Shown here: piece after piece, positions 9,073 through 17,679 of the stretch
How the letters are laid out: every line of letters starts with the position of its first letter
How positions within the stretch are numbered: position 1 is the stretch's first letter
IMG/VR virus record: IMGVR_UViG_3300009314_000007
Location: 43,337 to 107,336 of that record
DNA length: 64,000 bases
Reading direction: 5' to 3' (one strand)
Origin: a virus
Notes under the pieces: generated by a model
Databases searched by the model: none
The model's input: the letters and a program-made list of their open reading frames with translations, nothing else
What the model was told of the DNA's origin: nothing
Made by a program: the position numbers and the translations under genes

Positions 9073-10593
9073 ATGGCGAAAGTCTCGGTGAGGATAAGGA
9101 AGGATGGCGGCCTTCTCGCGATTGATAGTCCGAGCGAGACCGTTTTCGGCATTTTGACCGAAGCTCTTTCCTACACAAGAGTTGTGCAGCTTCGTGGCAA
9201 GGAGGCGAAGATGCACGGGAGTAACGTGAAGACGGTTCCGATTGCCTGTTACACCTACACACCCTCACGAGAGGGGTTTCAGGCTCGGCTTATTACGAGC
9301 AGCGGTTTTCTCTGGACCGTGGCCCGCGTGCTTCGCGAGCACGGTTACCGTCCGGTGGTTAAGGACGAGCGGCCGGAGGACGCCAAGAAGTTCAAGCCCG
9401 CTTGGCAGCGCTTGCGGCGGGTGGACTGGCGATACAAGCAGCGATTCTGCATCGACCAGATGCTCAAGTATTCGTGCGGGCGGATTGACTGCCCGCCGGG
9501 GTACGGCAAGAGCTATTTGATGCGGCTGTTTTGCCAGTTACTGCCGGGTGCTACGACAGTGGTCTCCACCCACTCCACCGACGTGCTGGAGCAGATCCAC
9601 GACGAGCTGTCCAAAAGCATTCCCCGGGTGGGGCTGATCTACGGCAAGCGGAAGATCGAGGGAGATGGTATTCACGTGGTGTCGGGCAAGTCGCTGCATC
9701 GTGTGGATTGGCCGACAGATATTTTGTTGGTGGACGAGGTTCACGAGTGGGCCACGGACGATTATCTGCGTCGTGTTGGCGCGAAGTCATTTCAGAACGC
9801 TCGCAAGTACGGGTTCAGTGCCAGCCAGGCGCATCGGATGGACCTGGCTCATTTCGAGTTGGAAGGTCCGTTTGGCCCAGTGATCGCGAAGGTCTCGTAC
9901 CAGAAGGCCGTGGAGCACGGGTGTGTCGTGCCGATACAGATCTGGTGGCGAAGCGTGAACCTGCGCGGCAACCCGGCGGAGGGCGTGAAGAATCCGGTCG
10001 AGAGAGACCGGTGGGGCTTGTGGACTAATGGGGCCCGGAATCAGCTCATCGCGGAGGACGCTCGGCAGTTCGACGAGAACGATCAAGTGTTGATCGCCGT
10101 GGAGACTATCGAGCACGCGATGAATCTCAAACGATTCTTGCCGGAGTTTTCTGTTTGTCACAGTGAGCATGGGCTCTCGGACGAGGATCGTTTGTGGTAC
10201 GTCACCAACGGGTTTATCCAGCCAAATGAGCCGCGTATGACTGCGGAGCGCCGGTACAAGCTCAAGAAAGCCTTTGAGGATGGACGGTTGAAGAAGGTGA
10301 TTGCGAATAGCGTGTGGAAGCGCGGTGTGGACTTCAAGCAACTGGCGGTGCTGATTCGTGCTGACGGGAAGAACAGCGCTATTTCTGACACACAGATTCC
10401 GGGACGGACTTCCAGGATCTGCGATGCAACCGGAAAGGAGTTCAGCGTCGTTGTTGACTACCTCGACGAGTTCGACGACCGTTTGCACGGGCGAGCGCTC
10501 GACAGGGCGTCGAACTACTGTGCGAATGGCTGGAAGCAAGTTCAGCCGAGAACGAGAGAAGACAGCAGACAGGGGCGACTGTTCAATGAATGA
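9073..10593 (+). CDS. superfamily 2 DExH helicase (UvsW/XPB-like)
   Basis: CPPGYGKS, LVDEVH, GFSAS, RGVDF, QIPGRTSR motifs. Confidence 0.9.
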   Translation: MAKVSVRIRKDGGLLAIDSPSETVFGILTEALSYTRVVQLRGKEAKMHGSNVKTVPIACYTYTPSREGFQARLITSSGFLWTVARVLREHGYRPVVKDERPEDAKKFKPAWQRLRRVDWRYKQRFCIDQMLKYSCGRIDCPPGYGKSYLMRLFCQLLPGATTVVSTHSTDVLEQIHDELSKSIPRVGLIYGKRKIEGDGIHVVSGKSLHRVDWPTDILLVDEVHEWATDDYLRRVGAKSFQNARKYGFSASQAHRMDLAHFELEGPFGPVIAKVSYQKAVEHGCVVPIQIWWRSVNLRGNPAEGVKNPVERDRWGLWTNGARNQLIAEDARQFDENDQVLIAVETIEHAMNLKRFLPEFSVCHSEHGLSDEDRLWYVTNGFIQPNEPRMTAERRYKLKKAFEDGRLKKVIANSVWKRGVDFKQLAVLIRADGKNSAISDTQIPGRTSRICDATGKEFSVVVDYLDEFDDRLHGRALDRASNYCANGWKQVQPRTREDSRQGRLFNE

Positions 10594-11281
10594 GCCGCGG
10601 AGAAGAACTCGGAGGCCGCGTCAATCGCTGGTGGAGGATCTGGCCCAAGCGGTGCGGACTGAGTACATCAACCAGCGGAGGATGTGGCGGTGTTTGTCCG
10701 GCAGCCGTCCGGATTACTTGCCGGGCAGGCAATGGGACGAGGGCAGGCGGCTGGAGAGTGGCAGGTACTCACTACCGGTCTGGCCGAAGATTGCCCAGTT
10801 CTTGCTCGACAACGAGATTGTGGACTACCCGGAGTTCATACGGAAGATCTTCGAGAACAGGGGGCCGCACCGGCCGGTTCCTCAGCCGAATCACCTGCAT
10901 GGTCCGGCAGCCTTGAGAATTTGGAAGGAGGTAATACCCAAGAAAGAGTTGCGAGCCCGGGTGAGACAGGCCTGGGCGCAAGAGAAAAAGGCGTTTGCGA
11001 TAGCGGCGCTCGATCAGCAGGCCTATTTCCCCGATGCTTCCGAGCACGAGTGCCTGCGGTCGGTAATTGTGGACGACACAGTGAGCCTCTCGCCGCTGTA
11101 TCGTTATTGTGTGGCGATTGGTGAGGGCCTGCCCCGCCACGCATCGTTCTACAAGGAAATGGCCTTACGGCAATACTGTCTCGCACCGTCGCTCTACGAC
11201 GAAGTGTGGGGCGGTTGGATTCCTGAGCAACTGAAAACAGAAGCCGAAGCGATGCGACTGTCGCTTCCGGAGGATCACTGA
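10586..11281 (+). CDS. hypothetical protein between helicases (possible replication accessory factor)
   Basis: Translationally coupled on both sides; function inferred from position only. Confidence 0.65.
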   Translation: MNEPRRRTRRPRQSLVEDLAQAVRTEYINQRRMWRCLSGSRPDYLPGRQWDEGRRLESGRYSLPVWPKIAQFLLDNEIVDYPEFIRKIFENRGPHRPVPQPNHLHGPAALRIWKEVIPKKELRARVRQAWAQEKKAFAIAALDQQAYFPDASEHECLRSVIVDDTVSLSPLYRYCVAIGEGLPRHASFYKEMALRQYCLAPSLYDEVWGGWIPEQLKTEAEAMRLSLPEDH

Positions 11282-13005
11282 TGCCAAAGAAACGTGAGGT
11301 ACAGAAGACACGGGTTCCCCTCAAAGCCGGGGAGAAATCTGTTTTGTTTGCTACGCTCATTCGACAGCCGGAGGCGTTCGAGGCGGCGCAGTCGATACTG
11401 AGTTACGAGCAGATCGCCGAGGTTGATCGGATGTACGCCGTCGTGTGGCAGGTAGTCTGCGACTACTACGCTGAGAACGATAGGCTGCCGGAAGAGCACT
11501 ACGTGCAGACCGGGCTTTCGAGGTTCCTGGCGGAAGACCCGGACGTGCTGACTGACAAGGAGCAGACAAAGCTGGCCGCCTTCTTGGGGTTTGCTTTCGA
11601 TACTCCGGTGGAATCGCTTAGACCCAGGATGGGCGAGAGGTATCTGTCGAAGTACATGGAGGATCGGCTTGCGGACGAGATGCGGTCACGGCTGACGGGT
11701 TACACGCCTGTCAACATCTACGAGCTATTTCAGGACGCGGTGGCTCGAACGGAAGATCTGACCGTGGTGGGCTCCGCGACCCTTCCGGATGCGTTCGAGG
11801 ACGACTGGCTGGAGGAGAACGAGTTCCTTGATCTTCGGGACACCGGGATAGACTTCATCAACCGATTTCTGGGTGGGGATGATGAGGACGAGGCGGAGTT
11901 GGTGGGATTCGGGCATGGCTGCACAGAATCCTTTGGACTGCTCGGTCCGTATGGTGGTGGAAAGACGACCACTGGGGTAATGCTCAGCACTATGGGCGCC
12001 AAGCTGGCTTATAACGCCTGGGAGCAAAGCGGTGGGACAGGCCCGCTGCGGTTGTCGTACCACTTCACATGGGAAGAGCCTAAACCGTCCTTACGCTTGC
12101 GGGCGCTGGCGTTCCTGGCGGAGGTGCCGCACAAGCGGATCAAGCTGGCGGTCAAGCAGAAGGATCTCCAGGGCGTGCTTAGTAACAGCGACACCCTGCT
12201 GGACTACGAGCAGACGAGATACGCTCACAAGATCCGGGCGGGGGAGGCTGTGGGGGGCGAATACGAGAGGGTCCGGCGGGCTATTGAATTGCTGAATGCG
12301 TGTTGGAGGGTGGTCGATCTAACTGGCAGCGACAAGTCGTTGGGGCTTCGAGGGACGAACCTGGTTGACGAAGTGGCAGCCGTTATCCGTAAGGACCAGC
12401 GGAAAGTTCGTCATGCCCACAGTGATTTTCCGACTGGCGTGCAGATGGTGGTCGCAGATTACGTGGGCGCCGCGGCGGAAAAGCACCTCGATGCAAACGG
12501 GATGGACCACGGTTCAAACCTGCGGCACATTATCAACCGCTGGCCGCTGCACATGAAGACCAAAGTCGCCGTGCCGTTTTTCTGTCCTGTGTGGTCGCTA
12601 CACCAGTTGAGCACGCAGGCGAACACACTGATGGCGGGGAGCGTTCCCAAGTACACCGACTCGGCAGAGGGTAAAGCGTTTGCCGAGAACCTGGACTTTT
12701 GTGTGATGTACGGGATGAAGGACAGTGACGACCGGATGGTGTGTACTTGCAACAAGGCTCGGCGGGAAGCGGCCATGCCGCCGATCATTGTGCGGCTGCG
12801 GGGCGCCCAGCAGAGAGTTGTGGACGACTCGTCGAATTACACACTCAAGAGTCGTAGGATTACGTCTCGCACACTTGCGGAGACTGTGCAGGGAGGGGCC
12901 TCGCCTGCGGCGCCGACAGATGATGAGGGGCAATCGCCCAACGAGATTCAGCGGCAGAACCAGGATGTAAGGGGTCGCCGCGCAAGAGGAGCGCGTACTA
13001 TATGA
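11281..13005 (+). CDS. dnaB: DnaB-like (SF4) replicative helicase
   Basis: Walker A GPYGGGKTT, VVADY, LHQL, AENLD, KAR; directly upstream of primase. Confidence 0.85.
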   Translation: MPKKREVQKTRVPLKAGEKSVLFATLIRQPEAFEAAQSILSYEQIAEVDRMYAVVWQVVCDYYAENDRLPEEHYVQTGLSRFLAEDPDVLTDKEQTKLAAFLGFAFDTPVESLRPRMGERYLSKYMEDRLADEMRSRLTGYTPVNIYELFQDAVARTEDLTVVGSATLPDAFEDDWLEENEFLDLRDTGIDFINRFLGGDDEDEAELVGFGHGCTESFGLLGPYGGGKTTTGVMLSTMGAKLAYNAWEQSGGTGPLRLSYHFTWEEPKPSLRLRALAFLAEVPHKRIKLAVKQKDLQGVLSNSDTLLDYEQTRYAHKIRAGEAVGGEYERVRRAIELLNACWRVVDLTGSDKSLGLRGTNLVDEVAAVIRKDQRKVRHAHSDFPTGVQMVVADYVGAAAEKHLDANGMDHGSNLRHIINRWPLHMKTKVAVPFFCPVWSLHQLSTQANTLMAGSVPKYTDSAEGKAFAENLDFCVMYGMKDSDDRMVCTCNKARREAAMPPIIVRLRGAQQRVVDDSSNYTLKSRRITSRTLAETVQGGASPAAPTDDEGQSPNEIQRQNQDVRGRRARGARTI

Positions 13006-14132
13006 CAATTGAGGTGCTCAACCCGGCTCTTTACGGCGGGCTGGTCCGTCGTTATGGGCGGGAATCTATTGAGATCGTCGCACCTGGCGAGCGCATCGAA
13101 TGGTCGGTGCGTAAAACGCGGCCGGGCGAGGCGGGAGAGCTGAAGCGCGAGGTGGAGCATTCCGGTGAGGAGTATCGGATGCGGTGTCCGTTTTGTAAGG
13201 ATCACCGTCCGAGACTCTATGTCAATCACCGGTTTGGTGTGGAGGACCCGCGAACGGGCTTGCTCAACTTGTGGCTCGCGCAGTGCTTTAACGAGCGGTG
13301 CTTTGAGGATTACGAGAACTGCGAGCTGTTTTGGGATTCCGTTTACTCGATTTCACGGGACATGGCGGGGACCATACGGATTGGAGAGGGGAAGAAGGCG
13401 TCGAGCGAGGTTCGGGAGGTGGCGCCACCAGGTCCAATGTGGCGACTTGACGAGTTGGCAAGAAACCATCCAAACCACCACGCGGTGCAGTACCTGGCGG
13501 GCAGGCATTTCGATCCCGGTAAGATTGGGAGGCTTTGGGGTGCCGCGTACTGTCCGCGGGCCCATGTGTACAACATGGCGTCCGACAAGATCATCATCCC
13601 GATTTACTGGCGGGGCGAGATGGTTGGCTGGCAGGCTCGATACATCGGAGATGACGTGAAGGGCGTGCCGTTCAATAAGGCAGGCGTGGCCAAGTATTGG
13701 TCGTCCCCGGGCTTCAAGCGGAGTCGGGTGGCTTACAATTTTTGGAGAGCAGTGCAACACCCCACTGCGGTTATCGTGGAGGGCATGACCGATGTATGGA
13801 GCATGGGCATGCAGTCGATGGGTGTATTTGGAAAGACAATGAGTGCCCCGCTTCGGCGATTGTTGTTGCAGGAGATGTCGGATAGGCATCGGCCGGAGGA
13901 GGCGGTGATCGTCATCTTGCTGGACCCCAAGAAGGATAAGAAGGACAAGGTTCACCACATTGAGAGACTGTATGGACAGCTTGCGAATCAGGGAGCGGCT
14001 GTCCGCGTGCTGAAAGTGTATCTTCCCCCGGAAGTGGACCCGGGGAGTAGCGAGCGTGCGTGGTTGCGAGACTACATTCGCGAGAAAGCAGACGAGGTAG
14101 GTTACCCCGTCAGTTTTAGGAAACCGACATGA
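13002..14132 (+). CDS. dnaG: DNA primase (Zn finger + TOPRIM)
   Basis: CPFCKDH...CFNERC zinc finger, GWQAR, KY, IVEGMTD, LLD. Confidence 0.88.
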   Translation: MTIEVLNPALYGGLVRRYGRESIEIVAPGERIEWSVRKTRPGEAGELKREVEHSGEEYRMRCPFCKDHRPRLYVNHRFGVEDPRTGLLNLWLAQCFNERCFEDYENCELFWDSVYSISRDMAGTIRIGEGKKASSEVREVAPPGPMWRLDELARNHPNHHAVQYLAGRHFDPGKIGRLWGAAYCPRAHVYNMASDKIIIPIYWRGEMVGWQARYIGDDVKGVPFNKAGVAKYWSSPGFKRSRVAYNFWRAVQHPTAVIVEGMTDVWSMGMQSMGVFGKTMSAPLRRLLLQEMSDRHRPEEAVIVILLDPKKDKKDKVHHIERLYGQLANQGAAVRVLKVYLPPEVDPGSSERAWLRDYIREKADEVGYPVSFRKPT

Positions 14133-17100
14133 CAAAAGAACGCAGAAAGCTGATTCGCAAAGGAGGCCCCGGGCTTGCCGCGAAGACGAAAGAGCCGGTC
14201 ACCACTAACGTTATTGGAGAGGCTGACAAGAAGCCGAAGAAGAAAGCGGTGTTGGCGAAACGTAGGGACCAGCCAGCTCCGACGAGGTCCCGGCAACCCG
14301 CCGGAAATCTGTTTCCTTTGAACGCTCCGGGGATGCCGCTACCTGGCCCGGACTTGTTGGAGTACGCCGCGGCGCTTGGCGGAACTCACGAGATAGTCGG
14401 GAAGAGCCGAAGCGCTCGCCTGACGCAGGCGGGTCAGACGCTGCCAGCCCTATTCAGGAAGATCCTTTATTCGTTTGGCGACATAGCCGTCCCGTTTAAG
14501 CACAAAGGTAAGCGTCACGACTTGTCGGTGGTAAGTGGCCACGTGTGGGGAGATCCGTTTGGAGAGTGCCGCGGGCCTCGTCAGGCGGACGTGATGGTGA
14601 TCGCCAAGATGCTTGGTGACGAAGAGAACAATCAGGGAAGGAACATGATCGGCAACTCCGGGCAGTTATTTCTGGAGACCTGTCGAGAGCTGGGACTCCC
14701 TCGGATTTCTCGCTGGTACGTTACCAACCTGATGAAGACCCTGCATCCGGAGGCGGATTCCGGGGGCACGAGATTGACTGCGGCGATGATCAAGGAGTGG
14801 CTACCGTTTCTGCACCAGGAGATCCGTATCGTGCAGCCCAAGTACATTCTGTGCTTGGGGGCTGATGCGAGCGCGGGTCTGTTGGAGTACGAGGGCGGGT
14901 TCAAGAGAAAGGACAAGTTCCGAGCCTCGATCAGTAACATGCAGGGCCGCATTGTCGAGTGGGAGTACCCGATCAGTCGCAAGGATGAGGGCAAGATCCA
15001 GTACAAGCAGGCACTGGTCATGTCCATCACGCATCCCGCCGCCGTGCTGCACGCCCCTGAGCAGGAGGACGTGTACGTCAACGGCGTAGCCAGGTTCGGG
15101 CAGATGATCAAGGGAATGCGGTGGGACAAGGAGGAGGAGGGTCTTGATCACAGGACGATTACTTCGCTCGTCGAGTTGAAAGAGCTGTACCACGAGATCA
15201 GAGCGGACTGCGAGGATAACTTGCTCGGGATCGACGCCGAGTGGCACGGGGATCACCCGCAGAACAAGGGCAGCTACCTGCGCACTATACAGATTTCCTG
15301 GAAGCACAAGGCCGCGGTCTGCATCAGGCTACGTGCCCCAGGCGGTGCCTGGGCTTTCGCGGGGTGCGGCCGAAAGACTGTCGCGAAATGGGTTAAGAGG
15401 ATTTGTAAGGGAAGGAGGCTCGCAGGGCACTTCTTCTCTGCCGACCTCGAATGGCTGATCGACTTCGGTATTGATCTTCGCGAGGAGTTCATGGTCCCGG
15501 ACACTTGGACGGAGTACATGAAGCGGTGGCGGCGTAAGAAGGGTTGCGGGTTCGATACTGGTCTAGCCGCACACGGCATAGCAGAGACCGACGATTTCAG
15601 CCTAACATCACTCACGCTGCGACATACGACTGCTCCTCGTTACGATGTAGCGCTGGTGAAGTGGGTTGCGGATTACTGCAATGAGCACAAGCTGAAGAAG
15701 GAGGAGCTGGAGGGTTATGGGGAGTGTCCTGACGATGTGCTGATTCCCTACGGCATCTACGATGCCGACGTGACTCGGCGAATCGCGGTGAAGTTCGCTA
15801 GGAGGTTATTCAAGGATCGTTTCAACAACAACTGCTGGGAAGCGTTCTGGATGTCCATGCGGGCCCAACCGGCAGCTTTGGAGATGAATATGAGCGGCGT
15901 GCAGATCGACCGGGAGCGACTTGATCGTCTCACGGAGACCTACATGTCGGCCAAGGCCAAGCTGGAGAACACAGTGCGCACTTGGGCTCGGTGGCCCGAT
16001 ATGAATCTGAACTCGGTGTTTCATATTCGCGAGTTTCTCTACGGGGAGCGGTACAATGGGCACGAACACCCTGAGGGTACACCTCCCATTAGGAAGCGTC
16101 CGGCAGACGGCAGGTCCCTGAAGCTCAATCCGATCCTCACTACGGATAAGCGGCCCATGCGGTGGTCCGAGGTGGTGCAGAAGGGATTGGAAGACCAGAA
16201 GACGCCGAGCACGGACAAGATGTGCCTGGCCATCTTGGCGCAGGACAATCAGGCGGTCCGGAAATGGCACCCTACGAAGCTGGATTACCGTACGTACGAT
16301 TTCAGCAAGCAGGTCACCTGGGTTCGGGATTACCGGTTCATCAGTCAGGTGCTCAAGAGCATGCTGAGGACTCCGAAGATCGAGAAGCTGCCGGACAAGA
16401 CCGAGGCGTTCTTGAAGAAAGACGACTACTACGTCTACCCTGGCGGGCTCCCCGCCGCGGTTTGCGACGATAGCCGGGTGCGAACCCACTTCTATCAAAC
16501 CAAGGAGACCGGTCGATGGGCCTCGGCCCGTCCGCCGCTGCAAAACCTGACTAAGCGAAGGGAGGTGGATTACAAGCGGATTCTGGGTCCAGATTACAAG
16601 TGGGCACTTAGGACTATCATTACGGCTCGGCCGGGGCACTTGCTTCTGGAGGCGGATATTACCGGCGCCGAGCTGGCGGGCATGGCGATTATGTCTGGCG
16701 ACAAGAGGATGATCGAGCACGCGCAGAGAAACGTGCTGGCGGAAGACGATCCCAATTACTACGACATCCACAGCCACGTTGCCGTGCTGGCGTTCCGCTT
16801 GGACTGTGAGCCCACCAAGGGCGGTCTGGAATTGATTGGGATGAAGCACATGCGGCTCGTGGCCAAGAGTGTGATCTTCGGTATCGCTTACGGGCGGGGA
16901 GCCAAGGCCATCGCGTTGGCTGCGAAGGAGGAGGGAGTCAATATCACGGTCGAGGAAGCGCAGCGGGTGATCGACACGATCTTCCGGATGTACCCGAGAC
17001 TGGTGCCGTTCTTCGAGGCTTGTCGTGCTCGCTCCAGAGATCCTCGGTGGATCTGTGGTTGTCTTGGTCGTTTTCGTCGTTTCCCGGTTGCCCGAGAATG

Positions 17101-17578
17101 GGTAGTCCAGGGCGACTTCGAGCGACAGGCGATGAACTTCCCGATGCAGAACATGGTGGCAGATGTAATGAGCAGGGTTGTGGATCACCTGTATCATTAT
17201 CGAGAAGAATACCCGGACGTGACCTATCGCATGGTGGCGCAGATTCACGACGCGGTGTTGTTGGAGGTTCCGTACGCGCATGTGTCGCGTGTGATCGACG
17301 AAGTGATTCCCGAGTGCATGGTCAATCGCGTACCGATCTACCCGTGTACGCTGGACGGAATGCCGACAGGTAAGGGCCCCTACTATTTCGGTGCGGACAT
17401 CGACCCGTATCATCGGTGGGGGCAGGATATGGCTCCGGATGAGTGCATGAAAATTGGACTCGATCCGAAGTACGCGCACTGGACGCAGACCGCGAATGGT
17501 TATCTGCATCCAGAGAAGAAAGACAAGATTTGGGTTGGGGACATCCATGGAGGAGAACTTGTGTCTCTGGCGCCCTAA
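14129..17578 (+). CDS. polA: family A DNA polymerase with N-terminal uracil-DNA-glycosylase-like domain and 3'-5' exonuclease
   Basis: UDG-4-like G.SGQL...YVTNLMK...EIRIVQPKYILCLG...THPAAVL; exo IDAEW and YGIYDAD; TGRWAS.PPLQN, ADITGAEL, RLVAKSVIFGIAYG, NFPMQ, IHD. Confidence 0.93.
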   Translation: MTKERRKLIRKGGPGLAAKTKEPVTTNVIGEADKKPKKKAVLAKRRDQPAPTRSRQPAGNLFPLNAPGMPLPGPDLLEYAAALGGTHEIVGKSRSARLTQAGQTLPALFRKILYSFGDIAVPFKHKGKRHDLSVVSGHVWGDPFGECRGPRQADVMVIAKMLGDEENNQGRNMIGNSGQLFLETCRELGLPRISRWYVTNLMKTLHPEADSGGTRLTAAMIKEWLPFLHQEIRIVQPKYILCLGADASAGLLEYEGGFKRKDKFRASISNMQGRIVEWEYPISRKDEGKIQYKQALVMSITHPAAVLHAPEQEDVYVNGVARFGQMIKGMRWDKEEEGLDHRTITSLVELKELYHEIRADCEDNLLGIDAEWHGDHPQNKGSYLRTIQISWKHKAAVCIRLRAPGGAWAFAGCGRKTVAKWVKRICKGRRLAGHFFSADLEWLIDFGIDLREEFMVPDTWTEYMKRWRRKKGCGFDTGLAAHGIAETDDFSLTSLTLRHTTAPRYDVALVKWVADYCNEHKLKKEELEGYGECPDDVLIPYGIYDADVTRRIAVKFARRLFKDRFNNNCWEAFWMSMRAQPAALEMNMSGVQIDRERLDRLTETYMSAKAKLENTVRTWARWPDMNLNSVFHIREFLYGERYNGHEHPEGTPPIRKRPADGRSLKLNPILTTDKRPMRWSEVVQKGLEDQKTPSTDKMCLAILAQDNQAVRKWHPTKLDYRTYDFSKQVTWVRDYRFISQVLKSMLRTPKIEKLPDKTEAFLKKDDYYVYPGGLPAAVCDDSRVRTHFYQTKETGRWASARPPLQNLTKRREVDYKRILGPDYKWALRTIITARPGHLLLEADITGAELAGMAIMSGDKRMIEHAQRNVLAEDDPNYYDIHSHVAVLAFRLDCEPTKGGLELIGMKHMRLVAKSVIFGIAYGRGAKAIALAAKEEGVNITVEEAQRVIDTIFRMYPRLVPFFEACRARSRDPRWICGCLGRFRRFPVAREWVVQGDFERQAMNFPMQNMVADVMSRVVDHLYHYREEYPDVTYRMVAQIHDAVLLEVPYAHVSRVIDEVIPECMVNRVPIYPCTLDGMPTGKGPYYFGADIDPYHRWGQDMAPDECMKIGLDPKYAHWTQTANGYLHPEKKDKIWVGDIHGGELVSLAP
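14203..14216. repeat. dispersed palindrome copy 2 (CACTAACGTTATTG), inside polymerase CDS
   Basis: One mismatch to copy 1; flanked by C/G extension. Confidence 0.85.
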
Positions 17579-17598
17579 TCTCTCAACATCTTGTACCG

Positions 17599-17626
17599 TT
17601 GACTTCCCGGTGTGCAGTAGTACACT
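17599..17626 (+). promoter_or_regulatory. candidate sigma70-type promoter
   Basis: TTGACT-N16-TACACT in the intergenic gap upstream of the SSB-like gene. Confidence 0.45.
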
Positions 17627-17679
17627 GGGGATGGTCGGTAAACCTGATTTTGTTTCAACCCATTGGAGGTCTGTTTATT

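Noticed and set aside
7300-9100. CRISPR array, TIGR array or period-5 GGY-NN guide repeats near the Nop and RAMP genes
   Set aside because: No repeat-spacer periodicity found by eye; only a partial ggctc-cgtgc-ggcaa run at about 8963, too short to accept
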